From Dehalococcoidia bacterium (GTDB lineage: Bacteria; Chloroflexota; Dehalococcoidia; Lucifugimonadales; Australimonadaceae), in contig DAOUJX010000060.1 in assembly GCA_034422075.1 (NCBI GenBank), positions 73,244 through 137,243 on the forward strand: 64,000 bases of DNA, read 5' to 3'. The position numbers and the translations under genes were made by a program. The notes under the pieces are model-generated. The model was not told where the DNA came from, did no database searches, and saw nothing but the letters and a program-made list of their open reading frames with translations. Within the stretch, counting starts at the first letter, position 1, and every line of letters begins with the position of its first letter. Of this stretch, positions 28,894-39,852 are shown in pieces.

Positions 28894-30522
28894 ATGAGCA
28901 TGAGGCCAATTACAGAGGTCGCCACAAGCCTAGGGCTTGACCCTGCAGCCCTTATCCCGCAGGGGCACTTCAAGGCAAAGGTACCGTTGGAGGCCATCCG
29001 CGAGAATGGCAGGCGGGGCAAGATGGTGGTCGTGACGGGCATCACGCCGACGCCCGCCGGCGAGGGCAAGACGACGACGACCGTCGGGCTGGCGCAGGCA
29101 ATGGGGCGGATGGGGCTGAACGTGGCGGCGACGCTGCGCGAGCCTTCGATGGGGCCCATCTTCGGCATCAAGGGCGGCGGCACTGGCGGCGGTCTCTCGC
29201 TGGTGGAGCCGCAGGATGAGGTAAACGTCCACTTCACGGGCGACGCCCACGCCGTCGGCTCGGCGCACAATCTGCTAAGCGCGCTGACCGACAACGCAGC
29301 GCAGCGGGGGCAGGTGTCGGGCTTCCGGCCGGAGGGCATCACTTGGCGGCGGGTCATGGACGTCGAGGACCGCGCCCTACGGAACATCGTCGCTGGGCTC
29401 GGCGGGAGCGCGAACGCGCCGCTGCGCGAGACGGGCTTTGACATCGTGACCGCGTCGGAGATCATGGCCGTGCTGGCGCTGTCCCGCGACCTCAACGATC
29501 TGCGCGAGCGCCTGAGCCGCATCGTCGTGGGCTACCGGGGCGACGACTCGCCGGTCACTGCCGAGGAGGTGAATGCAGTCGGCTCGCTCATGGCACTGCT
29601 CCGATACGCCATTCTCCCGAACCTGGTGCAGACGACGGAGGGCCAGCCGGTCATCGTGCATGCGGGACCGTTCGGGAACATCGCGCACGGGTGCAGTTCC
29701 GTGGTCGGCGACCTGCTGGCGCTTGGCTACGCCGACTACGTGCTCTCCGAGGCTGGGTTCGGCGCAGACCTAGGGTTCGAGAAGTTCATGCACATTAAGG
29801 CGCGCTCCAACGGGCTGGAGCCGTGCGCGGCCGTGCTGGTGGCGACGGTGCGCGCAGTGAAGTACCACGGAGGAGTCGCCGTTCGTGAGCTTGAGGCGCC
29901 CGACAAGGACGCCGTACGGCGGGGCATGGAGAACCTGACGCACCTCATCGGCGTGGTGCGAGCGATGGGGCTGCCGGTGGTGGTAGCGGTCAACCACTTC
30001 CCCACCGACACGCAAGACGAGACGGAACTCGTGATGCGAGGATGCGAGGACGCAGGGGCCTTCGCCGCCGTCGAGAGCCGCGTCTTCTCCGAAGGCGGCG
30101 CAGGCGGCATGGAACTGGCCGAGGTGTTGGTGCAGGCGACGGAAGGCCCGCACCCGGAAATCTCCTACTTCTACCCGGAGGACGCCTCCATCCAGGACAA
30201 GGTGCTGTCACTCGCTCGCAAGGTCTACAACGCCAACGACGTCAACTGGAGCGCGGCATCGCTGCGGCAGTTGAGGAGGTTCGAGGCGAGCGGGTGGGGC
30301 ACCCTGCCGGTGTGCATGGCCAAGACGCACGCTTCCATCTCGCACCAGTCCTCGTTGAGGGGAAAGCCGTCGGGCTACACGTTTGAGATCAACGATGTGC
30401 GCGCATCGGTGGGGGCCGGCTTCATCTACCCCATCGCGGGCAGCATCGTCACGATGCCCGGCCTGCCATCGTCGCCCCGCACGCTGGACGTAGACGCGGC
30501 GGGGAACATACTAGACTTGTAG
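28894..30522 (+). CDS. fhs: formate--tetrahydrofolate ligase
   Basis: 542 aa. TPTPAGEGKTTTTVGL P-loop and typical FTHFS conservation throughout. Confidence 0.95.
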   Translation: MSMRPITEVATSLGLDPAALIPQGHFKAKVPLEAIRENGRRGKMVVVTGITPTPAGEGKTTTTVGLAQAMGRMGLNVAATLREPSMGPIFGIKGGGTGGGLSLVEPQDEVNVHFTGDAHAVGSAHNLLSALTDNAAQRGQVSGFRPEGITWRRVMDVEDRALRNIVAGLGGSANAPLRETGFDIVTASEIMAVLALSRDLNDLRERLSRIVVGYRGDDSPVTAEEVNAVGSLMALLRYAILPNLVQTTEGQPVIVHAGPFGNIAHGCSSVVGDLLALGYADYVLSEAGFGADLGFEKFMHIKARSNGLEPCAAVLVATVRAVKYHGGVAVRELEAPDKDAVRRGMENLTHLIGVVRAMGLPVVVAVNHFPTDTQDETELVMRGCEDAGAFAAVESRVFSEGGAGGMELAEVLVQATEGPHPEISYFYPEDASIQDKVLSLARKVYNANDVNWSAASLRQLRRFEASGWGTLPVCMAKTHASISHQSSLRGKPSGYTFEINDVRASVGAGFIYPIAGSIVTMPGLPSSPRTLDVDAAGNILDL

Positions 30523-30572
30523 GGCCGCCGCAGGCGGAGCGCGACGGCCTCAGGGGACGGAGAAGGAGCGAC

Positions 30573-31361
30573 ATGCACGTAACGAAGCATCAGCCGGGGA
30601 TGTTCAGCTGGGCGGACATGCCGGTGTTGGACATCGACTCGGCCCAGACCTTCTACACCAAGTTGCTAGGCCTGGAGGCCAACGCCACGCCCATCGGGCC
30701 AGGCATGACCTACGTCGCGCTGACCAAGGGAGGCCGGAGCTGCTGCGCTCTCTACAACATGGGAGAGAAGGATATGCAGGAGCGCGGCGGCCCGTGGTGG
30801 GTGAGCTACTTCACCGTGGAGGATGCGGACGCTACGGCGGAGCGGGTGAAGGAGTTGGGCGGCGCCGTTCTGTACGAGCCCTTCGACGTGTTCGAGGAGG
30901 GGCGGATGGGGATCGTTCAGGACTCCACGGGCGCGGTGTTCGCGATATGGCAGCCCAATCGGGGCATCGGCGCAGAGGTGTTCGGGGAGCCCGGTGCGCT
31001 GGCGTGGGCCGAGCTCTACACCAACGATGTGCAGGCGGCAGCCACGTTCTACAACGGCCTTTTCGGGTGGAACGCCAACCAAGTCACGATGCCGAACGGC
31101 GAGGAGTACACGTTTTTCGACCTCGACGGGCAGCCCGCAACGGGGATGATGGCAATCCGCGAGGAGTGGGGGGCGGTGCCTCCCAACTGGTCGATCTACC
31201 TCGCAGTGGAGGACCTAGACGATGCGCTGCGGCTGGTGGAGGAGTCGGGAGGCAGGGTCATCAACCCGCCCGTGGAAGTGGAAACCGTAGGGCGGTTCTC
31301 CTTCATCCAAGACCCTACCGGCGCGCACCTGTCGCTGATGCAGCTAGAGCAGGAGGGGTAG
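30573..31361 (+). CDS. VOC (glyoxalase/bleomycin-resistance/dioxygenase) family protein, two-domain
   Basis: Two tandem ~125-aa repeats with a similar pattern (FYxxLLG/FYNGLFGW ... FxDPxG). Confidence 0.7.
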   Translation: MHVTKHQPGMFSWADMPVLDIDSAQTFYTKLLGLEANATPIGPGMTYVALTKGGRSCCALYNMGEKDMQERGGPWWVSYFTVEDADATAERVKELGGAVLYEPFDVFEEGRMGIVQDSTGAVFAIWQPNRGIGAEVFGEPGALAWAELYTNDVQAAATFYNGLFGWNANQVTMPNGEEYTFFDLDGQPATGMMAIREEWGAVPPNWSIYLAVEDLDDALRLVEESGGRVINPPVEVETVGRFSFIQDPTGAHLSLMQLEQEG

Positions 31362-31366
31362 GCCTG

Positions 31367-31395
31367 GTTCGCCCTTCGAGCGCCTTCGGGCGAAC
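31367..31395. terminator. hairpin between the convergent VOC gene and the GIY-YIG gene
   Basis: GTTCGCCC (31367-31374), 13-nt loop, GGGCGAAC (31388-31395). Confidence 0.3.
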
Positions 31396-31430
31396 GGAGC
31401 CGTCGTTGCGGTTCACTCCGCCTCGGGGCG

Positions 31431-31805
31431 CTACCCAAACAACCTGGGCTGGTATTGCCCGTTGCTGGTTGCGTTGTGTCGCGGATTCCTTCCGCGGGCC
31501 GCTCGATAGGAGCGCAGTTTGGCAGATTCGACCCTCTCTGCAACCCGCCGCTCCAACGGCCTAGTTTCGACGACAAGCCTGTCCCCTCGCGACATCTTGC
31601 CGCTTTGGCGATGTTCCGCCGCTCGATAACGCGGATTGTTCGTGCCGCCAATGTACTTGACGTTGCCGCCTCGGTCGCGGATCGAGTACTGGACGGCCTT
31701 GTTCGACTTGACTTGGCCCCGGGGCTTAGGTGCGGACTTGCTGCCTCTACCCCTGTACCCGCCGCGCCGAGACCCGCCGTAACCTCTGTGCGCCATACGC
31801 CACAC
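31431..31805 (-). CDS. small GIY-YIG nuclease-domain protein with N-terminal Arg/Gly-rich (RGG) tail
   Basis: VQY-x10-YIGGTNNPRYRAAEH ... AERVESAKLRSY...NPRHN reproduces the GIY / YIG / R / H / E / N order of GIY-YIG domains. N-terminus is HRGYGGSRRGGYRGRGS. The start may be ATG 31796. Confidence 0.55.
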   Translation of the reverse strand: MWRMAHRGYGGSRRGGYRGRGSKSAPKPRGQVKSNKAVQYSIRDRGGNVKYIGGTNNPRYRAAEHRQSGKMSRGDRLVVETRPLERRVAERVESAKLRSYRAARGRNPRHNATSNGQYQPRLFG

Positions 31806-31828
31806 CCTCCTACGATCTAGCGTCTGGC

Positions 31829-32992
31829 CTATCCCGCTGCGGGGGCGGCGGCTTCCTCGGTCTCGGCGGAGACGGCGTCTACTTCTTCGAGGAGGGCGGT
31901 CATCATGTCCGCCTCTTCGACGACGCGGACCTTGCGGCCCTTGCGGAAGATGACGGCGCGGCCTGCGCCCGCAGCGATGCCGACGTCGGCGTCCTTCGCC
32001 TCACCGGGGCCGTTGACCTCGCAGCCCATGACGGCGACCTTGATCGAGGAGGTGCGCGACTTGAGCAGCTCATCGACGTCATTGGCGAGCTTGCGGATGT
32101 CGACGTCGGCGCGTCCGCAGGAGGGGCAGGCGACCATCTGCACGCCCTTCTTGCGCAGGTCGAGCGACTTCAGGATCTCCCAGCCGACCACCACCTCTTC
32201 CTTCGACTCGTCGGAGAGGGAGACGCGGATGGTGTCGCCGATGCCCTCGTAGAGCAGGACGCCGAGGCCGATGGCGCTGCGAATGGAGCCCCCCTTGGCC
32301 GTTCCCGCCTCGGTGATGCCGAGGTGGAAGGGGTACGGCACCATCTTCGCCAGCTTGCGGTAGGCCTCTACCGTCGTGTCGATGTCGTAGGCCTTGAGCG
32401 AGATCTTGATGAGGTCGAAGTCCAGTTCCTCCAGTAGGCCGATCTCCCAAAGCGCCGTGGCGACCATGTGGTCGACGACGGAGACCGTCTCGCCCTCTCC
32501 GGATGCATCGGAGCCCTTCGTCAGAAGGTTGACGCCGTCCCGGTGGCGGTGCTGTCCGCGCGTCTTGCCGATTGCGCCGACCGGCGGGAGAGAGCCAAAG
32601 TTGACGCCGATGCGAATGGGCACCTGGCGCGCCTTGGCCTCCGTGACGACCGTCTTCACCTTTTCGGCGTCACGGATGTTGCCGGGGTTGAGGCGCAGGC
32701 AGTCTACGCCCTGGTTGAGTGCCTCGAGGGCGAGCTGGTAGTGGAAGTGGATGTCGGCGACGAGCGGGATGTGGATGCGCTCCTTGATTGCGCCGAGGGC
32801 CTGCGCCGCCTCCATATCGGGCACGGCGCTGCGGATGATCTCGCATCCCGCCTCTTCCAGTTCGAGGATCTGCGCGACCGTGGCATCGACGTCGCGCGTG
32901 TCGGTCTTGGTCATGGACTGGACGGCGATGGGTGCATCTCCGCCTACTTGGACTCCGCCAACAAAAACGGGCTTGGTGACTCGGCGGCCCAT
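31829..32992 (-). CDS. ispG: 4-hydroxy-3-methylbut-2-en-1-yl diphosphate synthase
   Basis: GcpE family conservation (QSMTKTDT, RINPGN-type LRLNPGN, C-terminal CPSCGR Fe-S cysteines). Confidence 0.9.
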   Translation of the reverse strand: MGRRVTKPVFVGGVQVGGDAPIAVQSMTKTDTRDVDATVAQILELEEAGCEIIRSAVPDMEAAQALGAIKERIHIPLVADIHFHYQLALEALNQGVDCLRLNPGNIRDAEKVKTVVTEAKARQVPIRIGVNFGSLPPVGAIGKTRGQHRHRDGVNLLTKGSDASGEGETVSVVDHMVATALWEIGLLEELDFDLIKISLKAYDIDTTVEAYRKLAKMVPYPFHLGITEAGTAKGGSIRSAIGLGVLLYEGIGDTIRVSLSDESKEEVVVGWEILKSLDLRKKGVQMVACPSCGRADVDIRKLANDVDELLKSRTSSIKVAVMGCEVNGPGEAKDADVGIAAGAGRAVIFRKGRKVRVVEEADMMTALLEEVDAVSAETEEAAAPAAG

Positions 32993-33029
32993 ATCGCTTC
33001 CTTCCTCGCCTTAGCGATGCCTCGCGGCC

Positions 33030-34361
33030 CTAGCCTCCGAGGAGGCTGCCGCCGCTGAGGAGGCGACGTATGTCGTTGACGCTAATCATCACGGCGACGG
33101 CCATCAGCATTGCAAACCCGAGCATGTGCAACAGGCGCTCGCGCTCGGGCGCAAGGCGCTTTCCGCCACGTGCCAATTCTAACAAGACCAGCGCCATGCG
33201 GCCACCGTCCAGCGCGGGCAGCGGCAGCAGGTTGAAGATGGCGAGGTTGATGCTCAAGAGGGCCGTCCACGTAATGAGGGGGCCGAGCCCCGCATCGGCC
33301 ACCTCGCCCGTTATCTGGGCAATACCGACAGGGCCGGCCACTTCGAGGCGGCTCGCGCCGGCGAGTATGCGCGAGATTTCGTTGCGGAAGGCGAACATGA
33401 TGTCACCCAATTCGCGGAAGGCGTTGGGAAACGCAACCCAGAGCGGCTGGCTGCGGCTTTCCGTCGGCCGCTCGAGCAGCGCCGCGCCGGATAGGGCACG
33501 CGCATCGGCAAGCGGAAGCGCAACGATCGCACCGTCTCGCAGGATAACTGCCTGCGCTCCGACGCCGGGCACATCGGACAATGCAGCGGCAAGTGCCTCC
33601 TCAGCGCCTGCTTCGGTGAGCACCTGGTGCAGTCGCTGGGTAAGCACGCTCTCCGAGCGCAGTAGGAGCAGGCTATCGCCCTCGCGCAATCCTGCGCGTG
33701 CAGCCGCAGAGCCGGGCGCAACATCCGCGACGCTCACGCGCGCGTTGACGATGCGGATGCCCGTCGCGCCCTGTCCGGGCGGCGGGGCAATGCGCGGCTG
33801 GAGCGTGACGCTGAACCGCTCACTGCCGCGCTCCACCTCCCACGTAGAATCGGCGCCTAGACGCAGATGGATGGCCTCTTGGAGCACGGACGATCGGTCT
33901 ATCTCGCGCCCGTCGGCGACGCGGATGATATCGCCCGCGCGAACGCCAGCAACATGGGCGGGCGCGTCCTCGACGACCTCCGTTATCACGACATCAGAGG
34001 TCGTGACTTGGTGTGGGAGAGCGAGGACGGCCGTGAGCAGCACTATCGGCAGCAGCGCGTTGACGCCTGCGCCCGCGCCGAGGATCGCAAGCCGCGAATA
34101 GGGGCCCTTTCTTGAGAAGGCGCGCGGGTCCTTGGGCGTCGTCGCCTCGTCCTCGCCAAGCATCCGCACGAAACCGCCGAGGGGCAGCAGGTTGAGGCTG
34201 TAGACGGTGCCTCCGCGCTCGATGCCGAACACGCGCGGCGGCAGTCCGACACCGAACTCCAATACCTGCACGCCCCGTAGCCGCGCGACGACGTAGTGGC
34301 CCAGCTCGTGGGCGACGACGAGGAAGGCGAGAATGACGGCAAAGAGCAACAGCGCGGTCAT
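33030..34361 (-). CDS. rseP: RIP site-2 metalloprotease RseP (M50)
   Basis: HELGHYVVA zinc motif, PDZ-type middle region, and C-terminal NLLPLPALDGG. Confidence 0.85.
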   Translation of the reverse strand: MTALLLFAVILAFLVVAHELGHYVVARLRGVQVLEFGVGLPPRVFGIERGGTVYSLNLLPLGGFVRMLGEDEATTPKDPRAFSRKGPYSRLAILGAGAGVNALLPIVLLTAVLALPHQVTTSDVVITEVVEDAPAHVAGVRAGDIIRVADGREIDRSSVLQEAIHLRLGADSTWEVERGSERFSVTLQPRIAPPPGQGATGIRIVNARVSVADVAPGSAAARAGLREGDSLLLLRSESVLTQRLHQVLTEAGAEEALAAALSDVPGVGAQAVILRDGAIVALPLADARALSGAALLERPTESRSQPLWVAFPNAFRELGDIMFAFRNEISRILAGASRLEVAGPVGIAQITGEVADAGLGPLITWTALLSINLAIFNLLPLPALDGGRMALVLLELARGGKRLAPERERLLHMLGFAMLMAVAVMISVNDIRRLLSGGSLLGG

Positions 34362-34367
34362 GGGCGG

Positions 34368-35510
34368 CTAGCGCGATGCGGCCAGCGCGACTTCGCGCGC
34401 TGTGCGTCGCGCCCACTCGTCGGCGTCGAGTATCGACTCCAGCGTCGCGTCGCCGCTCCCCTCAAAGGCCGACAGCGTCTCGGCGACGACGCGGTGGATG
34501 CCGGTGAAGGGGATGCGCCCGTCAAGGAAGAGACGCACAGCCTCCTCGTCGGCGGCGCTGAGGACGGCGGGGTACGTGCCGCCCTGCTTACCCGCCTCCA
34601 GCGCCGTCACAAAGCAGGGGTAGCGCGCTCGGTCGAGCGGCTCGAAGGTCAGCGACGGGTAGGCGAGCGGGTCGTAGACCGGCAGCGCGTCGCTGGGCAG
34701 CCGCTCCGGGTAGGCCATGGCGTACTGAATAGGCAGCCGCATGTCGGGCGGCCCCATCTGCGCTTTCACCGACCGGTCGGCGAACTCGACCATCGAGTGG
34801 ACGACGCTCTGCGCGTGGACGACGACCTCGATTTGCTCAAACGGCACGTCGAAGAGCCAACGGCTCTCGATGACCTCGAATCCCTTGTTCATAAGCGTGG
34901 ACGAGTCGATGGTTATCTTCTTGCCCATCACCCAGGTAGGGTGCTTGAGGGCCTGCTCCGGCGTGACGGCGTCGAGTTCTCCGAGGGGTCGCGTGCGGAA
35001 GGGGCCGCCGGACGCGGTGATGATGAGGCGCTTGACCGGGAGCGCTTCGCCCCGGATGCACTGCCAAATCGCCGACGGCTCGCTATCGACGGGCAGGATG
35101 GGGCCGCCGTGCGCCGCAGCGGTCGCCATGACCAGCTCGCCGGCCATGATGATCACTTCCTTGTTGGAGAGCGCAACCTCCTTGCCCGCGCGTAGAGCGG
35201 CAAGCGTTGGCCCTAGTCCCACGCGCCCCGTCGTAGCCATCATCACCAGGTCGACATCGGACGCGGTGACCATCGACTCGAGGTCGGCCCATTCGGATGA
35301 GGGTGGCGCAGGGAAGCCTAAGGGGCCGGAGGCGCAGTTGTAGGTGCGCGGGGCGAACTCGGCGATTTGGCGCGACAGCAACTCGGTGTTACCGCCCGCC
35401 GCAAGCCCGACCACTTCAAAATGCTCCGGCAGCGCGCGCACGACATCGAGCGTCTGCGTGCCGATCGAGCCGGTCGAGCCCAGGACGACGATGCGCTTCA
35501 TGACGGCCAA
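34368..35510 (-). CDS. dxr: 1-deoxy-D-xylulose 5-phosphate reductoisomerase
   Basis: VLGSTGSIGTQTLDV NADPH site, LANKE-type LSNKE, HPTWVMG-type motif. Confidence 0.95.
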   Translation of the reverse strand: MAVMKRIVVLGSTGSIGTQTLDVVRALPEHFEVVGLAAGGNTELLSRQIAEFAPRTYNCASGPLGFPAPPSSEWADLESMVTASDVDLVMMATTGRVGLGPTLAALRAGKEVALSNKEVIIMAGELVMATAAAHGGPILPVDSEPSAIWQCIRGEALPVKRLIITASGGPFRTRPLGELDAVTPEQALKHPTWVMGKKITIDSSTLMNKGFEVIESRWLFDVPFEQIEVVVHAQSVVHSMVEFADRSVKAQMGPPDMRLPIQYAMAYPERLPSDALPVYDPLAYPSLTFEPLDRARYPCFVTALEAGKQGGTYPAVLSAADEEAVRLFLDGRIPFTGIHRVVAETLSAFEGSGDATLESILDADEWARRTAREVALAASR

Positions 35511-36187
35511 TCCTGCGCCACATAGTACACGAGGGGGAAGACGGGGAGCAGGCTGTCAAGGCGGTCGAGCAGGCCGCCATGGCCGGGGAAGAGCGCGCCG
35601 GAATCCTTCGCCCCCGCCATGCGCTTCAACTTCGACTCAGCCAAGTCGCCCGCCTGCGCCAGGACGGGCAGGGCGAGCGCTAGCCCGATGGCTGGGCCAA
35701 GCGCGAACGGCATTTCCAACAGCGCGATGAGGCCGAGCACGGCGCCCCCGCCGGCGAGCAGCCCACCGACCGCGCCCTCCCAAGTCTTGCCGGGGCTGAC
35801 GGACGGCGCCATCTTGGAGCGGCCGATCGCCCTGCCGACGGCGTAGGCCGCCGTATCTGTCGCAAAAGTGCCGAGGAAGGCGATGAGCACCCAATCCAGC
35901 CCAAACGGCTCGCCGCGCAGCAGCGCGAGCGCAAACAGCGCCAGCGTGACGTAGGCCGTCGCACCCAGCATCGCGAGGCCTGTCAGCGCAGAGTTGGATG
36001 CACGGCGCGCATTGCGTACGAGCGTCGTCGCCTCATACACGGCGACGACCGCCGCGATGGCCGCGGCGACGGCGACCCAGCGATTGCCCGCCCATACGAC
36101 GAGGAGCAGCAACGGTAGCGCAACGAGCGCGGTGAGTACGCGAACGGTGAGGCGTTGGGTAGGCGGTGGGCCGCTACGCCCCGCCAT
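35498..36187 (-). CDS. cdsA: phosphatidate cytidylyltransferase
   Basis: C-terminal signature ESKLKRMAGAKDSGALFPGHGGLLDRLDS. Start re-set to ATG 36187, overlapping the uppS stop (TAATG). The tracked ORF runs to 36511. Confidence 0.85.
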   Translation of the reverse strand: MAGRSGPPPTQRLTVRVLTALVALPLLLLVVWAGNRWVAVAAAIAAVVAVYEATTLVRNARRASNSALTGLAMLGATAYVTLALFALALLRGEPFGLDWVLIAFLGTFATDTAAYAVGRAIGRSKMAPSVSPGKTWEGAVGGLLAGGGAVLGLIALLEMPFALGPAIGLALALPVLAQAGDLAESKLKRMAGAKDSGALFPGHGGLLDRLDSLLPVFPLVYYVAQDWPS

Positions 36188-36930
36188 TACCCGCTCGCCG
36201 GGATCCTGCCGAATCGCCGCTGGCGGGTCGCGTAGTGCTCCAGCGCCAGGGCGACCTGCGCGGCGTCGAAGTCGGGCCACAGCACCGGCGTGAAGTAGAG
36301 CTCGGTGTAGGCCGTCTGCCACAGTAAGAAGTTGCTGAGCCGCTGCTCGCCGCCGGTGCGAATGAGCAAGTCGGGCTCCGGCACTCCAGGCAGGTAGAGG
36401 CGTTGCGCAATGTCCGCTTCCGTGATGTCCTCGGGCGCGAGGCCGTCGGCGACGACACCGCGCACAGCTTCCACTATCTCGCGCCGTCCTCCGTAATCGA
36501 AACCAACGCAAAGGGTCAGCCCATCGTTGTCGGCAGTCAGCGCGATGGCGCGTTCGATGGCCTGCGCGAGGTCGTGCGGCAGCCGCTCGCGCGAGCCGAG
36601 ATGGAGGATGCGCACGTTTCGCCGATGTAGCGCCGCCGCTTCGTCGTCGATGACCTCATCTAGGATCTGCAGCAGCCCCGACACCTCTTCCTCTGGACGC
36701 CCCCAATTCTCCGTTGAGAAGGCGTAGAGGGTGGCATAGGCAACTCCGCTCTCGGCGAGCGATTGGAGCGCGGGGCGGATGTTCTCCGTGCCGGTGCGGT
36801 GACCGTCGAGACGGGGGAGGCCGCGCTGCTCCGCCCAGCGCCCGTTGCCGTCCATGATGATTGCAACATGGCGCGGTACGGGGGCGGCATCGGACGAGGG
36901 GGCACTCCCATTGTGGTCCGCAGACGCCAT
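36187..36930 (-). CDS. uppS: isoprenyl transferase (undecaprenyl-diphosphate synthase family)
   Basis: HVAIIMDGNGRWA, FSTENWGRP, RTGGEQRLSNFLLWQ. Confidence 0.9.
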   Translation of the reverse strand: MASADHNGSAPSSDAAPVPRHVAIIMDGNGRWAEQRGLPRLDGHRTGTENIRPALQSLAESGVAYATLYAFSTENWGRPEEEVSGLLQILDEVIDDEAAALHRRNVRILHLGSRERLPHDLAQAIERAIALTADNDGLTLCVGFDYGGRREIVEAVRGVVADGLAPEDITEADIAQRLYLPGVPEPDLLIRTGGEQRLSNFLLWQTAYTELYFTPVLWPDFDAAQVALALEHYATRQRRFGRIPASG

Positions 36931-37502
36931 CAGACCTCCATCAGTTCCTGCTCCTTGTGCGAGCTAACCTTATCGGCGTTCTGAATGGCCGCGTCCGTCG
37001 TCCTTTGCAGGCGGTCCTGGCCGCGGCGCAACTCGTCCTCCGATATCTCCTTGTCCCTCTCCGACTTGCGCAAGAACTCGAGCACATCGCGGCGGACGTT
37101 GCGTATGGCGACGTGCGTCTCCTCCAGCGTGCGGCGCAAGCGCTTGACCATCTCCTGCCGGCGCTCCTGCGTCATAGCGGGGATTGGCAGGCGGATGACC
37201 TGTCCGTCGTTGCCGGGTGTGAGGCCGAGGTCCGACTCCATGATGGCGCGCTCAATGGCCCGAATCTGGGTCCGGTCCCATGGCTGTATCTGTATTAGGC
37301 GCGCGTCCGGCGTCGAGATGGTCGCCATCTGATTGAGCAGTGTCGGCGCGCCGTAGTAGTCGACGCTGATGCGGTCGACCAGCGCGGTGTTGGCCCGGCC
37401 CGTACGGATGGACGCTATCTCGTCCTCGAAGTGCGCCACGGAGCGCGCCATACGCCGTTCCGCATCGGCTATCGCTTCGTCAATGAGCGTCTGATCGGTC
37501 AT
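36930..37502 (-). CDS. frr: ribosome recycling factor
   Basis: 190 aa from ATG 37502 (MTDQTLIDEA...). Typical RRF conservation (IRTGRAN, QIQPWD). Stop overlaps the uppS start (TGATG). Confidence 0.9.
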   Translation of the reverse strand: MTDQTLIDEAIADAERRMARSVAHFEDEIASIRTGRANTALVDRISVDYYGAPTLLNQMATISTPDARLIQIQPWDRTQIRAIERAIMESDLGLTPGNDGQVIRLPIPAMTQERRQEMVKRLRRTLEETHVAIRNVRRDVLEFLRKSERDKEISEDELRRGQDRLQRTTDAAIQNADKVSSHKEQELMEV

Positions 37503-37519
37503 CCCTTTCCCTCTACTGC

Positions 37520-38839
<1,320 letters not shown>

Positions 38840-38847
<8 letters not shown>

Positions 38848-39697
38848 TCGCCGCCGCGACTACTTCGCCCGCCTCGAATGCCTCGATGTTCTCCAGCGGC
38901 TCCGGCTCGCGGTCGTCCTCGCCCGCGCTGTAGCCTGCGCGAGTGTTCAGCCACTCGCCGTGGCCCTCCAGCGCCGAGTTGGCAATTTGCTGCGCGATCA
39001 GCCGGATGGAGCGAATGGCGTCGTCGTTCCCGGGAATCGCCCAGTCGGCCACGTTGGGGTCGCAGTCGGTGTCGACAAGGGCGACGATGGGGATGCCGGC
39101 GCGGTGCGCCTCCGCCGCCGCGATGTCCTCGCGGCCGACATCGACGACGAAGAGGGCGCCGGGCAACTCGGTCATTTCCTTGAATCCACCGAAGTAGCGG
39201 TTCATCTTGTGGACGCGGTTGTTGAGGCGCAGCGCTTCCTTCTTGGGCAGGTGCAGCCACTCGCCGCGCGCCTGCTGTTCCTCCAAGCGCACGAGGTAGT
39301 CGATGCGCGACTGGATGGTCGTGAAGTTGGTGATGGTGCCGCCGAGCCAGCGCTGGTTGACGAAGAACTGGCCGGAACGCACCGCCTCTTCGCGGACGGC
39401 ATCCTGGGCCTGCTTCTTAGTGCCGACCATGAGCAGCTTCTTGCCGCCCGCCGTGACCTGGCGTGCGAAGTCGCACGCCTGCTGAAGCAAGTCCATGGTC
39501 TGCTGGAGGTCGATGATATGGATGCCGTTGCGCTCAGCGAAGATATAGGGGCGCATCTTTGGGTGCCATCGGTGCGTCTGGTGGCCGAAATGCACCCCGG
39601 CCTCCAGCAAGGCCTTCATACTCAACGGCTCGAACTGCCCGGACTCGTCCGCGCCGCCGACCTCCGCCTCCGAGGCGGTCGTTGCCTCTTGTACCAT
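38840..39697 (-). CDS. rpsB: 30S ribosomal protein S2
   Basis: LLEAGVHFGHQT, GGTITN, VVDVGREDIA. Confidence 0.95.
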
Positions 39698-39718
39698 TCG
39701 CTACTCTTCGCTTCCTGG

Positions 39719-39750
39719 GGCGGCACGCCGAATCCCCACAGGCGTGCGCC
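39719..39750 (-). promoter_or_regulatory. hairpin in the rpsB 5' leader (candidate S2 autoregulatory structure)
   Basis: On the minus strand: GGCGCACGCC, 11-nt loop, GGCGTGC(C)GCC, between a TATTCT -10-like element and the AGGAAG RBS of rpsB. Confidence 0.3.
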
Positions 39751-39852
39751 TTGCGCCAAATCCCGAAGAGAATAGCATAGGCGGCGGTGCGTGTACAGCG
39801 GAGGGTGGCCACCTTGCGGGCGGCGCTCTACCCGCTCCGGCCCTTGGCGGGG

